The position numbers and the translations under genes are program-made. Positions 1 to 19,144 of a stretch of DNA of 64,000 nt are shown piece after piece. Location of the stretch: NCBI RefSeq assembly GCF_009914755.1, contig NC_060947.1. One strand, 5' to 3'. The DNA comes from the human T2T-CHM13v2.0 reference genome, Homo sapiens. The notes under the pieces were generated by a model that worked only from the letters and a program-made list of their open reading frames with translations, was not told the DNA's origin and did not search any database. Position 1 is the stretch's first letter; each line of letters opens with the position of its first letter.

Positions 1-3202
<3,202 letters not shown>

Positions 3203-3742
3203 CTATACCGAGGCCAACTCCATCTTTTACATGAAAGTGATTAATGAAAGATGATAACTAGTTATTTAGTTGCAGAGGCAGAGATGGAAGCTGTATTTTC
3301 TGAATCTTATTCTCGTCCTCTCTCCAGTATACTACATTGGTTTAGGGATTGGTAAATTGATAATATGATGTGGTAATTTTGTTCATCGTGGTAGATACAG
3401 TTAAAATACCAAACAGAAAATGTAGATACTAGATTGTACTCGTCTTGCCTACCATTTTCAATCCAATTGCCAAGTCAGAAACATTCTTGCTACACAAACC
3501 ACAGCAGAAGAGACACACACAAAAAATAGCTAAAGTTGCAGTTACTTTTAGGTACTAAATTGGAAAATTCATGAAACCAGAGTTCTTATCTTACATATCT
3601 TTGTATTCACCACAGTGCATGGACTGGTTTCTTCTATATAGTTATCTCTCAGGAAATAGTTGTTGAATGAATGTTGAATTTGGGGAAGGAGTAGATTTAT
3701 CCGGATAACACTAAGAGGCAAAACTTAGAATCAATGGGTTAA

Positions 3743-4131
<389 letters not shown>

Positions 4132-4339
4132 TAACAGTTAATTATTTGCTACTTAGTAATGGAAATGTCTCATTAGTAATAGGAATGTTCCTTTACTAAA
4201 AATGCTCAAATAGAAGGTGGATGCTGCTCTGTCTGCCAACATACCCATGAGGTCCCTTTGGACTCTAAGATTCTGTTTTTTCTGGTAATTAGAAGGAAAA
4301 TACTTTCTTACTGAGCTCAAGTCTACTTCTATGATTTTA

Positions 4340-4454
4340 TCGAGACAAGGTCTCCTGCTGCCTAGGCTGGTCTCAAACTCCTGGACTCAAGGGATCCTCC
4401 AACCTCAGCCTCCCAAAGTGCTGAGATTACAGGTGTGAGCCACCACGCCTGGCC
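4340..4454 (-). mobile_element. FLAM_C-like Alu left monomer
   Basis: Single arm of about 115 bp. Perfect 16-bp TSD tacttctatgatttta at 4324-4339 and 4455-4470. Confidence 0.85.
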
Positions 4455-6345
4455 TACTTCTATGATTTTAAAGCAAATTTTAGGTATAATTGACATACAA
4501 TAAAATGCATATATTTGAAGTGTACAATTTGAGTTGTGACATATGTATACACCTGCGAAACCATCACAACATTCAAGATAATGAACATGTAAATTGCTCC
4601 AAAAGATTTTTATTCCTCTTTGTAATCCCTCCCTTCCTACCCCCATCCTCCATCCCCAAATAACCACTGATCTGCTTTCTGTACAGTAGAAAGTTTCATT
4701 TTCTAGATTTTTATATAAATGCAATTATATGATATGTATACATTCTTTGCTCTGACTTATTTCACTTAGCATAATTATTTTGAGATTCATCCATGTCATG
4801 GTGTGTGTCCATAGTTTATTATTTTATTGCACAGTAGAATTCCATTGTATTGATACACCACACTGTTGATGGACATTTGGGTTGTTTTTTGTTTGTGGCT
4901 ATTAAAGTTGCTATGGGCATTTTCTTGCACTTTAAAAGTACTAAATTGAGCTATAATTTCCATAAAGTGATACACAGTGATCTTAGGTGAACAGCTCAAT
5001 TATTACTTAACTCAATTACAACTTAACAAAGTGTATACCAATCATATATACTTTGGTAACTACCAACCAAGTGAAGATGTAGAACGTTTCCATTACCTTG
5101 GAAAGGTCCCTCATGCCCGTCCCATTTCAATGTCTTTTGTGTCTTGTCTGAATAAGCCACAAGGTTGTGAAGATACATGTTTTCTTCCATAATCTGTATA
5201 GCTTCAGATTTTGTATTTATGTCCATTTTTCTTATATAGATACCCAGTTGTTCCAGTATTGTGTATTTAAAAGAAAAATTCCTTTTTTTTTCATTGAATT
5301 ACCTTGAGGACTTTATTGAAAATCAATGGAATGTGTATATGCAGGTGTAGGTTGAAACTCACTAGTCTGTTCTATTCACCTGTTTGTGCATCCTTATGCC
5401 AGTATCACACTGTATTGATTACTGTGGCATTACTTTGGTAGCATAAGTCCTTTACATTTCTTCTTATTCAGGATTGTGTTAGCTTTTGTGTTGGCTATTT
5501 ATTCCATATAAATTTTACATTAATCTTGCCAAATTTTGCTTAAAAACCTTTTGAGGTTTTGATAGGAATTGTAACAATTGTGTAGATCAATTTAGGAACA
5601 ACTGAAATCTTAAAATTATTATTTTTTTCAATCCATGAACACCATATACCTCTCCATTAATTTAGGTATTCTTTAATTAGCTTCATCATAGAGGTCATGC
5701 ACATCATTTGTTAAATTTCTTCCTATATGAATAATTCTATTCTAAATGGTATCATTTTTAAAATTTTATTTTTAGTTACTTGTTGCTAAGATGTAGAGAT
5801 GTGATTCATTTATATATTGATCTGTTTATCCAAAGATAAAATGCTAATTAATTTTCTTATGGTATGATTTACATACTGTAAAATTCACCCACTTTATGCA
5901 CAGTTCTATTATTTTTGACAGATGTATACAGTAATATAAATATAGTCTCTAATCAAGATATAGAACAGCATTTCTAAATTTATTCATTAGTTCTAGTAGT
6001 CGTGTCCATTTCTTTGGATTTTGTATGTATACAATCATATCATCTGAAAATAAAGAGGGTCATAGTTTTTCCTTTCCATTACCTATGTCTTTTTGTCCTG
6101 GCTATCTTATTGCACTGGCTAGGACCTCCAGTACAAATATAATGGAAGTAGTAAAGAATGACTTTTTTTTTGCTGTCTTTTAAGGAAGATACTCAATATT
6201 TTGCTATTATATCAGCTGTAGGTTTTCCATAAACTTTACAGATCGAGGTGGTCCTTTTTCATTTCTATTTGCTGAAAATCTTTTTTAAAGTAATGAATGT
6301 TAAATTTCATCAAAAAATAATTTGTATCTCTTTAAACAATCATAT

Positions 6346-6695
6346 TGTCAGGAGCTCAGCCGAGCTGCTAGGTGTCAGACACCAAGCCAAAATCAAAATA
6401 ATAGTCAAGCCTTTAATCACTTAGTGTGATTATATAAACAAGAAGCTAAACCGGAGAAAGTGCTGAGGACTGTCCTCACTTCCCAGTTACATTTTTCCCC
6501 ATGGTAGATTGGACCAGCACAGGCTTCGGGGGTCTGTGTTTTCTCACTGACAAGGGAGCCCCAAACAAAAGGCTCTGGCAGTGTTAGGGACCCAGGGGTT
6601 TGGGGGAGGAAGAAGGAAAAGGCTAGGTGTGGAAAAATACCTAGTACTGAGTCAGAGTGGAAAGAAGTGTCTTCAACGTTTGCTCCCACTTCCTC
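6346..6695 (-). mobile_element. Probable ERV LTR fragment, family unresolved
   Basis: More GC-rich block starting TGTCAGG that interrupts L1M sequence. Contains ctttaat (ATTAAA on the minus strand). No TSD seen. Confidence 0.35.
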
Positions 6696-8240
6696 TGCTG
6701 TGAATATTTGTAAACAAGTCTTTGGGTAGACAAATGCTTTCATTTTCCTTGGATAAATATCAAGGAATGGAATTGCTGGGTTGTAGCATTAGTCTATTTT
6801 TAGCTTTACAAGAAACTGCCAAATTGTTTTCCTAAGTGGTTGTACCATTGTACTTTCCACTGAAGTATGAAAGTTGTAGTTGTTCCTCGTCAGAACTGTG
6901 CATAAAATGGGTGAATTTTACAGTATGTTAATCATACCGTAAGAAAAATAATTAGCATTTTATCTTTGGATAAACAGATCAATATATAAATGAATCACAT
7001 CTCTACATCTTAGCAAGTAATTAAAAATAAAATTTTTACCTGCATTTGATATTGTCACTCTTTTTAATTTTAGTCATTTTGATATCTTAGTATTGGTATG
7101 TTCTTGTCATTTTCTTATAGTCACCTTTTGTTTATATTGAGTAAAATTCGCTATCTTTGGTGTACTGCTCTATGAGTTTTGATAAAAGCATACAACCTTT
7201 AACTACTGCCGTAATCAAGACTCAGAATACTTCCATAACCTCAAAATGTTTCCTCATATTGCTATGTAATTAACCTCTCTACTTACCCACAGTTTCTGGC
7301 AATCACTCATCTATTTTCTGTTCCTATAATTTTACCTTTTTTATAAATGTCTTATAGATTGACTCATCCAGTATGTAAAATTTTGAGTCTAGCTTTTTCC
7401 TCTTAGCATAATACATTTGAGATCCATCCATGTTATATGCATCAGTAGTCCATTTCTTTTTTATTTGTTTTCTTATAATTGAGTAGGAAGAGCTTTTTGT
7501 GCATTCTGCATATAATATATTCATTTCATACATACATGCCATGCGGATATGCTCTGCCATTTGGTGGCTTGCGTTTTTGTTTTCTTACCTATAATTTTCA
7601 GAGAATAAAAGTTGAATTTTGATATAGTCCATTTTATCACCTTTTTATGGTTATAGCTTTCTGTCCCCTTTATAAGAAATCTTTGACTTCCCCAAGGTCA
7701 CCAAGATTTTCTTTCATATTTGCTTCTAAATGATTTTATAGTTTTTGCTTTTGATCCATTTACTTATTTTTGTGTGGTGTTTGGTAAGAGTTCTGGTTCA
7801 GTTTTTATCCCATGTGTTTAGTTCCAGCACCATTTGTTGAACAGACTATCCCTTCCCCATTAAATTACCTTGATACTTTTGTTTTGTAGGTCTGTTTTGT
7901 ATTCTAGTCTGTTTCACCAATCTCTATGTCTATCCTTATGCCAATACCACAATGTCTTCACTACTGTACTTTTATGATAAGGTCTGAAATCAGGTAATGT
8001 AAGTTCTCCAAATTTGTTCTTTTCATATTTTGGGGTCTCCTCTTCGCCCCCGCCTCCTTCTTTGAATTTCTATATAAATTTTACAGTTACCTTGGCAATT
8101 TGTACAAGTAAAACTCCTGGAGTTTTGAATGGGATTGTATTTAATCTATAGGTCATTTTTGGGAAAAATGATGTCTTAACAGTATTCAGTGTTCTGATAA
8201 GTGAACATGGTGTATCTTTCCGTTTATTAAGATCATCTTT

Positions 8241-8533
<293 letters not shown>

Positions 8534-10023
8534 TCATCTTTAATTTCTCTCAGCAATGTTTTCAGTGTGCAGGTCTTATATGTACTTTATTGAACTCATC
8601 CCCTAAGTATTCATGTATTTGAATTGTACTATAAATGGTATCGTGTTTTATTTTCTTTCAATTGTTTGTTGTTGGTATATAGAAATACAACTGATTTTTT
8701 TTTCTATTGACCTGTACACTGTGGTCTTGCTAAATTGATTATTTTTAGTAGCTCTTTCATGGATTATTTATAATTAACTACATACATGATTATGTCTTCT
8801 GTGAATTAAGATAGATTTGCTTCTTTCTTTCTAGTCTTCACACTCCTTTTTTTCCCCTTATTGTACTAATTAGGGCCTGTAGGATAACGTTTAATGTAAG
8901 TATTAAGACCCCAGTTCTTTGCTGCCTTTTCCCAATGTTTGAAAACATATGCTTCACACATTTTGTACAGTTTCCTAGTTGTTTGTAGCAAGAGGGCAAG
9001 TCTAGTAGCAATCATTCCAACAAAATCTGCTTTCAGTTTTTTGATATTTATAAATAACAATGATGTGAACATTTTTGAACGTATTTGCACTTCAGATTAT
9101 TTCCTTTGAACAGAGTTCTAAAACTATATATTGTAATCTATATACATATATCTGTATCTATCTCTCTGCCTGCATATTTAAACCTACAGTATAAGAGCTA
9201 CCTCAAGAGCAGTGACTATATTTCAAATTTATATACCTTGCATCATCTAGCAGACAGCCTTTCATTGGATTAATGGAAAGTAAAATCTTTATGATTAATT
9301 TTCTCATACCCAGAGTATCTATTTAACTATAGCATAGAGATATTTCTAATCTTGCCTGTGAAGTCTAAAAAGACTGTGATCATTACCATAGTTTTAATTT
9401 ACTATTACTTTATTTTGCTTCATTTTAACTGTCTTATTTCTCTTTGATAATGTTGTAGGAAACAAGAAATATGTAGGTCTTAACTTTGGCCACTGTTAAA
9501 AATTTTTTTTAAAAAAATATAATTTGGTTTATTTTGAGAAAGGGAAGACATTTTTCCTAACTTTCCTACATTTTGTGTTAACTTTGTAGGATGTTGTTTG
9601 AGCAATGACCCTGTAGGACGTGGCCTTACACATTTTGAGTTCATTTGAGTTAATTTAGTTTCAGGAAGGCTTCTGAAATAGGAAGCATTTATTCAAGCTT
9701 TAGTATTCCTTCTGAATAGTTTTGCTAGCTAGCTATAAACAGGCCAATTTGCCCTAGCTCTAAGTTTATGTTAATTTTCATTACTTTGTTTCAAAATAAA
9801 AGGGCCAATTCCCGTTACATTTTGATTTAAAAAATTAAGCTATACATTTTTCTTAGATGTGGGTATGTTAAAGCTTTTCAATGTCTGGCAAAATTAATCA
9901 CCCTAGGCCGTGGATTTCCTTGCCCCCAACTCCCTCCACCCCCTAAAGATACTTGATAATATGTTGGAAGGAGAGAAATAATAGCTTTTTTCTTCCAGTT
10001 CTTATGGTCAGGTGAGTTCCTAG

Positions 10024-10356
<333 letters not shown>

Positions 10357-11143
10357 TAGGGTTTAAATGTTTTAAAATATTTTTATTCATAGTATACTCA
10401 AGTTATAGGAATTTGGTTAATAGTGAATAAATTCATTCTTAGCACCAGCCTCTCTCAATTCTATTTGCTTGCTTATCTTTTACAGCCTATTTAGACATAT
10501 CATTTTTCTCCACAGTTGCAGTAAAGACTTCTTTCTGTTATAGCGCAAGCTTATTAGACCTTATCACAGCCTTCATGCCTTCATTTGTGTATACTATATA
10601 ATGGGAAAAAAAAGACTAATGTTGTAAATTAACAAGTGAGATCAAACTGAAAAAGGTCACCTTTCTTAGAGGCTGAAAAAGAGATTCATTTTCTGGGGCC
10701 TGGATTTGTTTTTCTGACTAATTTTACTGCCACTTTTGAATTTGCAGATTGACAACCTTTATACTAAAAATATTTATCTGTATCCTAGTAGATTTCCAAA
10801 TCCATATTCTCAGTTTTCTCTACTCCATGATATGCAGATATGGAAAAGGAGGCATTTTTTTTCCCCTCAGATGGTTAATGTTATAATTTGAAATTGGTAA
10901 TATGCTAATAAACAAAGGTAGGTTCAAAATCAGATCTTTCTGATTTCCATGAGGCATTGTAAATATTATATTACTTAGGATTTGTTTTAAAATCAGGTTC
11001 CAATTTAAGTTGGAAAAAACTGAAAATGTTTAGAGGTAACAGTGATTAAATTATTTCAGATTATTATATTTTTCTTAGTTTTCCCTACATGTCTACTTCT
11101 TCATCTGTTGTTTTACTTTATGGTACTTAAACATTCTATAAAG

Positions 11144-11436
11144 TTTTTTGTTTTTTTTTGAGTTGGAGTTTCGCTCTTGTCATCCAGGCTGGATGGCATG
11201 ATCTCGGCTCACTGGAACCTCACCTCCCGGGTTCAAGCCGTTCTCCTGCCTCAGCCTCCCAAGTAGCTGGGATTACAGGCATGCGCCACTACCCCCGGCT
11301 AATTTTTTGTATCTTTAGTAGAGACAGGTTTTCACCATGTTGGCTAGGCTGGTCTCGAACTCCTGAACTCAGGTGATCCGCCTGCCTTGGCCTCCAAAAG
11401 TGCTGGGATTACAGGAGTGGGCCACCACACCCAGCC
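11144..11436 (-). mobile_element. AluS
   Basis: Dimeric Alu. TSD tctataaag at 11135-11143 and 11437-11445. Confidence 0.93.
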
Positions 11437-11938
11437 TCTATAAAGATTTGTAGTGCGTTTAAACATTAATAGAATGAAAAAGTATTATAAAAGGCAAGAA
11501 TATAGACATAGGTTCTCATTAAATCACAATTAATGGAAATGTATACTCATAGCAAAATTAATTATGCTCTTTTTGGGTAGAATATTCTGGAGCCTAAAGT
11601 TTCATCTCCTTTTCATACCACTGTCCTTAAAAATGCAACATTAGCTTAAACATGAATTTGTTTATATTAACATAAAACTTCTCTATAATAAATGTTTATT
11701 CAAAATTGAAGGAGGAAAAAAGATTTAGAGTAAGATACATACTAATATTAAATACTAGTGCTGAGATTATGAGTCATTTTTTCTTATATGTATTTTCTGT
11801 TACCTACAGAGAAATAGTAATAGTAAATGCCTATTACTATTACAATAAAATGATTTTAAAATATTTAATATTAGTTTAACATATATTTCAACAGTTTTTT
11901 GATTTAAATAATTTAACAACATATTTTACAGTCATAGG

Positions 11939-12240
11939 GTTATTTTATTTTATTTTTGTTTGTTTCTTTTTTCAGACAGGATCTCACTCTATCACCCAGG
12001 CTGGAGTGCAGTGGTATGATCATGGCTCACTGCAGCCTTAACCTTCAGGGCTGAATCAATCCTTCCACTTCAGCCTCCTATGTAGCTGGGATTACAAGTG
12101 CACGACCCCATGCCCCGCTAATTTTTGCAGAGACAGGGTCTCACTATGTTTCCCAGGCTGGTCTCTACTACTGGGCTTAAGTGATCCACTGGCCTTGGCC
12201 TCCCAAAGTGCTGGGATTACAGGCCTGAGCCATTGCGTCC
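11939..12240 (-). mobile_element. AluJ
   Basis: Diverged dimer with J-type gatcatggctcactgcagcc. Confidence 0.88.
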
Positions 12241-13509
12241 CTTCCTATCCTCCCTCTCTTGTAATAAATGTTTTAGGTAGTTTTTAAAGTTTTCTTTTAC
12301 TTGGCTTTCTTAAAGGAGAACTTCAGTTGCTTTTTTCCAGTAAAAAATTCCAGAGACTGCCAGAAGAAGCCTAATGCCAGTAATAATTCTGTCATTGAAC
12401 ATAATGGAGAGGAGTCATCTTAATTTGTATGCACTCTTTTTTATATCAAGTGTAACACATATTCTTCTTGTCCTTCCCTCCAAGTGGGTTACAAACAGCT
12501 TTTCTCTTTCACTTTACCAACATTAAAAAGAGTGATTTTAAGAATGCTGGATCCACCTTTTTCCACTTATATTTGGAATGAAATGTGTAATTTATGTATG
12601 AAACCTTTAATTTTAATTTAAGGTCTCGTGAAAGCACCAAAACTCTTTAGATAAATTGACACGGAGTTGCTTTAAGATACAAATTCCTTCTTAGTAAAAA
12701 AAAGGAAGAATTTTAAAACTTTATGTTTTAATTGTTTCTAGTTGAATTCAGAATATTAAAGCTTTGTTATATATGTGGTAACTCTCTAATAAATACTTCA
12801 AGAAAGTATCTCAGTATTTAATTAATTATGAGTACTATAATTTATTCTAAAGCCTTAATAAAATCAAATTTCTATTAGTTTATGCTTTTCTCAATGTTCA
12901 TTGAAAATATTGAGTCATATTACCTATTACTGCCCCAATCCCCAGCCCAGCTTGTAACTTTCCTGAGGAGGAAAATTGAGTAAACCTCAGTGATTATTTG
13001 ACAGTTGACTCCATAGCTAAGCTGGAAGACAGGGTGTTGTGGGAGGGAGATAACGCTTTTAGGGTTTTACTGAAGAAAGGATGTAGATTTTCTGATTCTG
13101 TTTTGAAGATGATATAGGTGGATGCTGCTGGGAGAAATGACAGTGGCATCCCATTAGGCATGTCGTGCCCATCCCCTTTTAGGATTCTGCATATCTCTTA
13201 GTTTTTCCTTTGTCAGGTAACAAAGGTGTAACATGGGAGATATATTCCACTTCTCCACATTGTTAGCTTAGTGTAGTACTCTATCCAGCAAATTATTGGA
13301 AAGAGCAGGATTTGGAAGTTAGACTAGATTTTATTGCTTGGGTAGAGAGAGAATGCTCAAGAGAGCTTATCCTGGACACCAGAGGATGAGCAATTGGAAA
13401 GATGGACTGCTTTATCATTTTTGTGTTATTTTGCAATAGATAGGGCAGATTCCCCTCTTTTTATTGCAGTACAAAATCCCTTTAATAGCTAGCTCTAACG
13501 TTACTATGG

Positions 13510-13655
13510 CACTATAGTGTAATGGTTTAGTTTAGAGTATGGGCATGGATGTCAGACTCGACTTGTATCGAGACTCTTCCACCTACCAATTGGGCTAACA
13601 TTATTAGTCTAAAGTGTCTTAATGCCTGGCGTAGAGTAAGTGTTCAATAAATAAT
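13510..13655 (+). mobile_element. MIR/L2-type ancient repeat fragment
   Basis: tagtgtaatggtt...gtcagact head and gcctggcgtagagtaagtgttcaataaat tail. Confidence 0.5.
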
Positions 13656-16147
13656 TTTCCACAGGATCTATAGTGTCCTCTTCCAATATAATTTAGTTCA
13701 ATCTTAAGCCTAATAGTTTGTTTTCCTTCCTGATCCCCTTTCTTCATCTCTAGCATTTTACCATAGGAGGGAAAGATGTCTTAGAAACACTTTTTTAGTT
13801 TATTTCTAGAGGTATTGGCTAGACTTCATGTCAGTTATATGCATATACCAATATTTTATATATTAAAAACAAATATAATCCCTAGAATAGCATTGTCTGA
13901 TTAGAGATAAAATGGTCTCAAAAGAGGACAGGAAAATAGGGAAGTGGGAGTAGTAGTAAAGAGAAATGTAAACCAATGTGTAAACAAGAAAGCAGGTTTA
14001 TCTGCAACTATAGGGAAGAACTGTTCAAATTACCTTGCACATTTTTATTTCTTAGGAGGCTTCTTAAGATTTTAAATTAAGTTATTAAACTATTTATTGG
14101 GTTGAATTAAATATTTAGATAAATGCAGTATATAGATATGTCTGTCTGTATGCATATATGTTAAATACACCTAAGTTTCTTATACTTTAACTAATTTTGG
14201 GATTCCTTCTCACCCAAAAGAAATTTAAATAAATACTTTGGATATTTCTGTAAATACAGCATGCCATTTAGCAAATTTAAGGGAACAAGTGAATAACTTA
14301 GCTATGCCAACAATGTTTTGCCTCCGCATTCCTTGGCGCAAACAGGGACCTCAGTGAAGCGTTCCTCATGGGAGTTGCCTGGGGAAATCTTACTGAAGAA
14401 GTCTAGGTCCCAATTCAGGCTCCTTTCCCTTCTACTTTCTAAAATATCAACTTTATTGAGGTATAGTTTACATACAATAAAATGTACTAGTTTTAAGTGT
14501 ACAATTTAATGATTGACAAATGTGCACACCCACAACATTTTCAATATTGAGCAGTTTCATCACCCCAAAAAGTTCCGTTTGTTTTTCTTCCCAGTAAATC
14601 TTTCCCTATCCCTGTACCCTGAAAGCCACTGACCTGCTGTCACTATGAATATTTGTGTACAAGTCATTTTGTACACATAATTTTCATTTCTCTTGGGTGA
14701 GTGCAAAGGAATAGAATTGCTGGGCTGCATAAATATGTAATGTATTGAACCTTACAAGAAACAAATATGTTTGCAAAATAATAGGAATATTTTACATTCT
14801 CACCAGCAGTTTATAAGACTTTTTTAATTATAGCTATCCTGGTGGGTATGAAGTGGTATCTTGTTGTTTTAATTTGCTTTTTCTGATGTTGAGCATATTT
14901 TCATGTGGTTATTGGCCATTCAAATATCTTCTTTTGTGATGCATATTCTCAAATCTTTGCCCATTTTTTTCAAAAGTTGGATTACTTGCCTTCTTATAAT
15001 TGTAAGAGTTCTTTATTTGTCATGTTTACATAAATATACACACACGTATATTATACACACACCTAGTATTTTTCCCATTCTGTGGGTCGTATTTTCTTTT
15101 TCTTAATGGTATATTTTAATTAGCAGAATTCAAAAATTTTATGAAGCGCAGCTTATCATTTTTTTCTTTGATCTTTATTGCCCTTTGCATTATAAGGAAG
15201 AATCCTTTAACTATTAATACACTAAAGTTTTAAATTTTGCCTGCTTTCTTCTAGATATTTGGTGCTTTTAACTTTTGATAAACTTAGTGTTATTTTGGTG
15301 TGCAGTGTGAGTTAAGGGTCCTGGTTTAATTTTTAAAAAAATTATCAAGGTGAAATTTACATAACATAAAATTAGTCATTTAAAAGTGAACAATTTAGTG
15401 ACATTTCGTATATTCATCATGTTATGTGACCACTTCTACCTAGTACTAAAAATTTGGTTTCTCTCACTCCACCTTGTCCCTGGAAACCATCAATCTGCAT
15501 TCTGTCTCTGTGGATTTACCTATTCTGGATATTTCATATAAATGAAATAATACATTATGTGACATTTTGTGTTTGACTTATTTCACTTAGTATTTTCAAA
15601 GTTCAACTTCATTGTACATCATCCCTTTTTATGGCTGAATAATTTTGCATTGTATGGATATACCACATTTTGCTTATTCGTTCATCCATTGTTGGACATC
15701 TGGGCTATTACCACTTTTTATCTATTGTGATGAGTGCTGCTATGAACATGTATATATATATGTATTTGTTTGAGTACTTGTTTTTAATATTTAAGGGTGT
15801 ATCCTTAGGTGTGGTATTATGGGCCATATGGTAATTCTATATTTACGTTTTAAGGAACCACCAGACTATTTTCCTTGGCGGTTTAAACATTTTACTTCGC
15901 CACCAGCAAGGTATCAGCATTTCAAGTTCTCCACAATCTTATCAACACTTGTTATTTTTGTTTTGTTTATTTTAAGTTTTAATTTTTTAATTATGGCCAT
16001 CCTAGTTTGTTATGGAGTGGTTCTTCATTGTGGTTTTGATTTGCATTTTCCGAATGCCTGATGATACTAAGCATTTTTCAAGTGCTTGTTGGCAATTTGT
16101 ATATCTTCTTTGGAGAAATATCTATTCAAGTCCTTTGACCATCAGTA

Positions 16148-16402
16148 TTTTTTTTTTTAGACTTAAGGTCTTGCTCTGTTGCCCAGGCTGGAGTGCAGTG
16201 GTGTAATCATGCCTCACTGCAGCCTTTAACTCCTGGGCTCAAGTGATCTTCCCATCTCAGCCTCCTGAGTAGCTGGGCCTGCAGGCAGGTGGCACCACAT
16301 GGCCAAGGTGGCTTTTTTTTTTTCTTTTAGAAATGGGGTCTTGCTATGTTGCCCAGGTTGGTCTTTCTTGCCTCTGCCTCCCAAGCAGCTGGGATTCCAG
16401 CC
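16148..16402 (-). mobile_element. AluJ (partly deleted)
   Basis: ctcactgcagcc...cctgggctcaagtgatc. The left arm is shortened. Confidence 0.85.
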
Positions 16403-17460
16403 CTATTTTCAAGTTGGGCCGTTTATCTTTTTGTTGTTGAATTGTAAGAGTTATTTATACATTCTGAATACTAGACAAATACATAATTTGCAAGTATTTT
16501 CTCCTATTCTGTAGGTTGTTTTTTTCACTTTTGTGATAATGTGCTTTAATGCAGAAACATTTTAAAATTTCATGAAATCCAATTTGTTTTTTTTCCTTTC
16601 TTGCTTATGCTTTTGGCGTCATATCTAAGAATCCATTGCCAAATCCAAAGCCATGAAGAGTTATCTCTATGTTTTATTATACAAGTTGTGTGGTTTTAGC
16701 TCTTATGTTTAGGTTGTTGATTCATTTTGAAATAGTTTTTGTAAATGGCATAGAGGTCCAACTTTATTCTTTTAAATGTGGATATACAGTTGTCCCAGCT
16801 GTTATTTTCTCATTGACTAGTCTAGGCACCCTTATCAAAAATCAATTTACCATTGATGTATGGGCTTATTTCTAGACTCTCCGTTCTATCTCAATGGCTA
16901 TGTTTATCTTTATGCCAGTACCACACTGTTTTGCTTACTGCAGCTATGTAGTAAGGTTTGAAATCAGAAAGTGTGTGTCTTCCAGCTTTCTTTTACTTTT
17001 TCCAGATTGTTTTGGTTCTTAGGGCCCCTTGCAATTCCATATGAATTTGAAGATTGACTTTACTATTACTCTTTCTGCATAAAAGGCTGTTCAATAGGGA
17101 TTTCATTGAATCTGTAGATTGCTTTGGGTAGTATTGCCATCTTAATAATATTAAGTCTTCCAATCCAGGAACACAAGATGCCATTCATTCATTTAGGTTT
17201 TCTTTAATTTCTTTCCTCATTGTTTTCTAGTTTTCTGTGTACATGTTTTTTACCTCCTTGGCCAAATTTATTCCTAGGTGTGTTTTATTCTTTTGGATGT
17301 TATTGTAAATGGAATTATTTTCTTAATTTCCTTTGTAGATTGTTCATTTGGGCTCTATAGAAATAAAACTAATTTTGTGTTTTGATTTTGTACCCTAGAA
17401 CTTTGCTGAATTTATTAGCTTTAGTAGTTTATTTGTGGATTCTTTAAGGCTTTCTGTATA

Positions 17461-17824
17461 CAGGTTGAGTATCTCTTATCTGAAATGCCTAGGACCAAAA
17501 GTGTTTCAGATTTTGGAGTTTTTCAGGTTTTGGAATGTTTGCATATACATAATGAGATATCTTGGGGATGGGACCCAGGTTTCAATATGAAATTCGTTTA
17601 TGTTTTATATACATCTTATACACATAGCCTCAAGGTAATTTTATACTATATTTTAAATAATTTTATGCATGAACCAAAGTTTAGACTGCGTTTTTACTGT
17701 GACCCATCACATGAAATCAGGTGTGGAATTTCCCACTTGTGGCATCTTGTTGGCGGCACTCATAATGACTTGAATTTTGGAGCATTTTGGATTTTGGATT
17801 TTCAGGTTAGGAATGCTCAACCTG
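17461..17824. mobile_element. Tigger4b/MER46-like MITE (TcMar)
   Basis: 364 bp. TIRs caggttgagtat...atgctcaacctg, flanked by TA on both sides. Confidence 0.85.
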
Positions 17825-18700
17825 TATGAAAAAAATATATCTGCAAAGAGAGATAGCTTTGTTTCTTCCTTTCCAATTTGGTTGTCTTTTATGTCTTTTT
17901 CTAGCCTAATTACTTAGCTAAAACTTCCAGTACTATGTTGAATGGAATTGGTGAAACCAAGCATCCTTAGTTTGTTCCTGATCTTATAGGAAAACAGTTT
18001 TTCACCTTTGAGCATTCAGTTAGATGTGGGTTTTTCGTAAGTGTTTTTTTTTTTTTTTATCATGCTGAGACTGCTCCTTTACATTCCTGGATTTGAGTGT
18101 ATTTATTAGGAAAGGGTGTTGGATTTTGTCAGATTTTTTTTTTTATCATTGAGATGATCCAAATGTTTTTTCCTATTGGTTCTATTAATGTGGCATATTG
18201 CATCAGTGGGTTTTCTTATATTGAACCACATTGCATTCCTGGGATAATTCTCATTTGGTCATGGTTTATAATTCTTTTAGCATGCTGTTGGATGTGGTTT
18301 GCTAGCATCTGTTGAGGGTTTTTTTTTTGCCTCTATTTTTACAGGGACTATTAATCTATAATTTTATTTTCTTTAGCATCTTTGGCTTTCATATCAGAAT
18401 AAAACTATATTTATAGAATGAGTTAGGTAGTGCTATTCTGCTTTTTGGAAGAGTGCGAGAGTAATTGGTGTTGTTTTCTTTAAATTTTTGGTAGAATTCA
18501 CTAGTGAAGCTATCTAGCTATGGACTTTACTTCGTTGTTAGGTTTTTGATTATTGAGTCAATGTCTTTACTTGTTATGAATCTTTTCAGATTTTCTATTT
18601 TTTCTTGAGTTAGTTTAGGTAATTTGTATGTTTCTAGAAATTTGCCCATTTCATCTAGGTTGCCTAATTTACTGGTGTATGATTTTTCATAGTATTTTCT

Positions 18701-19136
<436 letters not shown>

Positions 19137-19144
19137 TAACCTTT

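Noticed and set aside
11812-11842. Short hairpin atagtaatag...ctattactat
   Set aside because: A 10-bp AT-rich stem is expected by chance in low-complexity DNA.
12623-14410. Further exon-like stretches (about 12623-12777, 13063-13216, 14347-14406)
   Set aside because: Multiple stops, and no convincing phase link to the other candidate exons.
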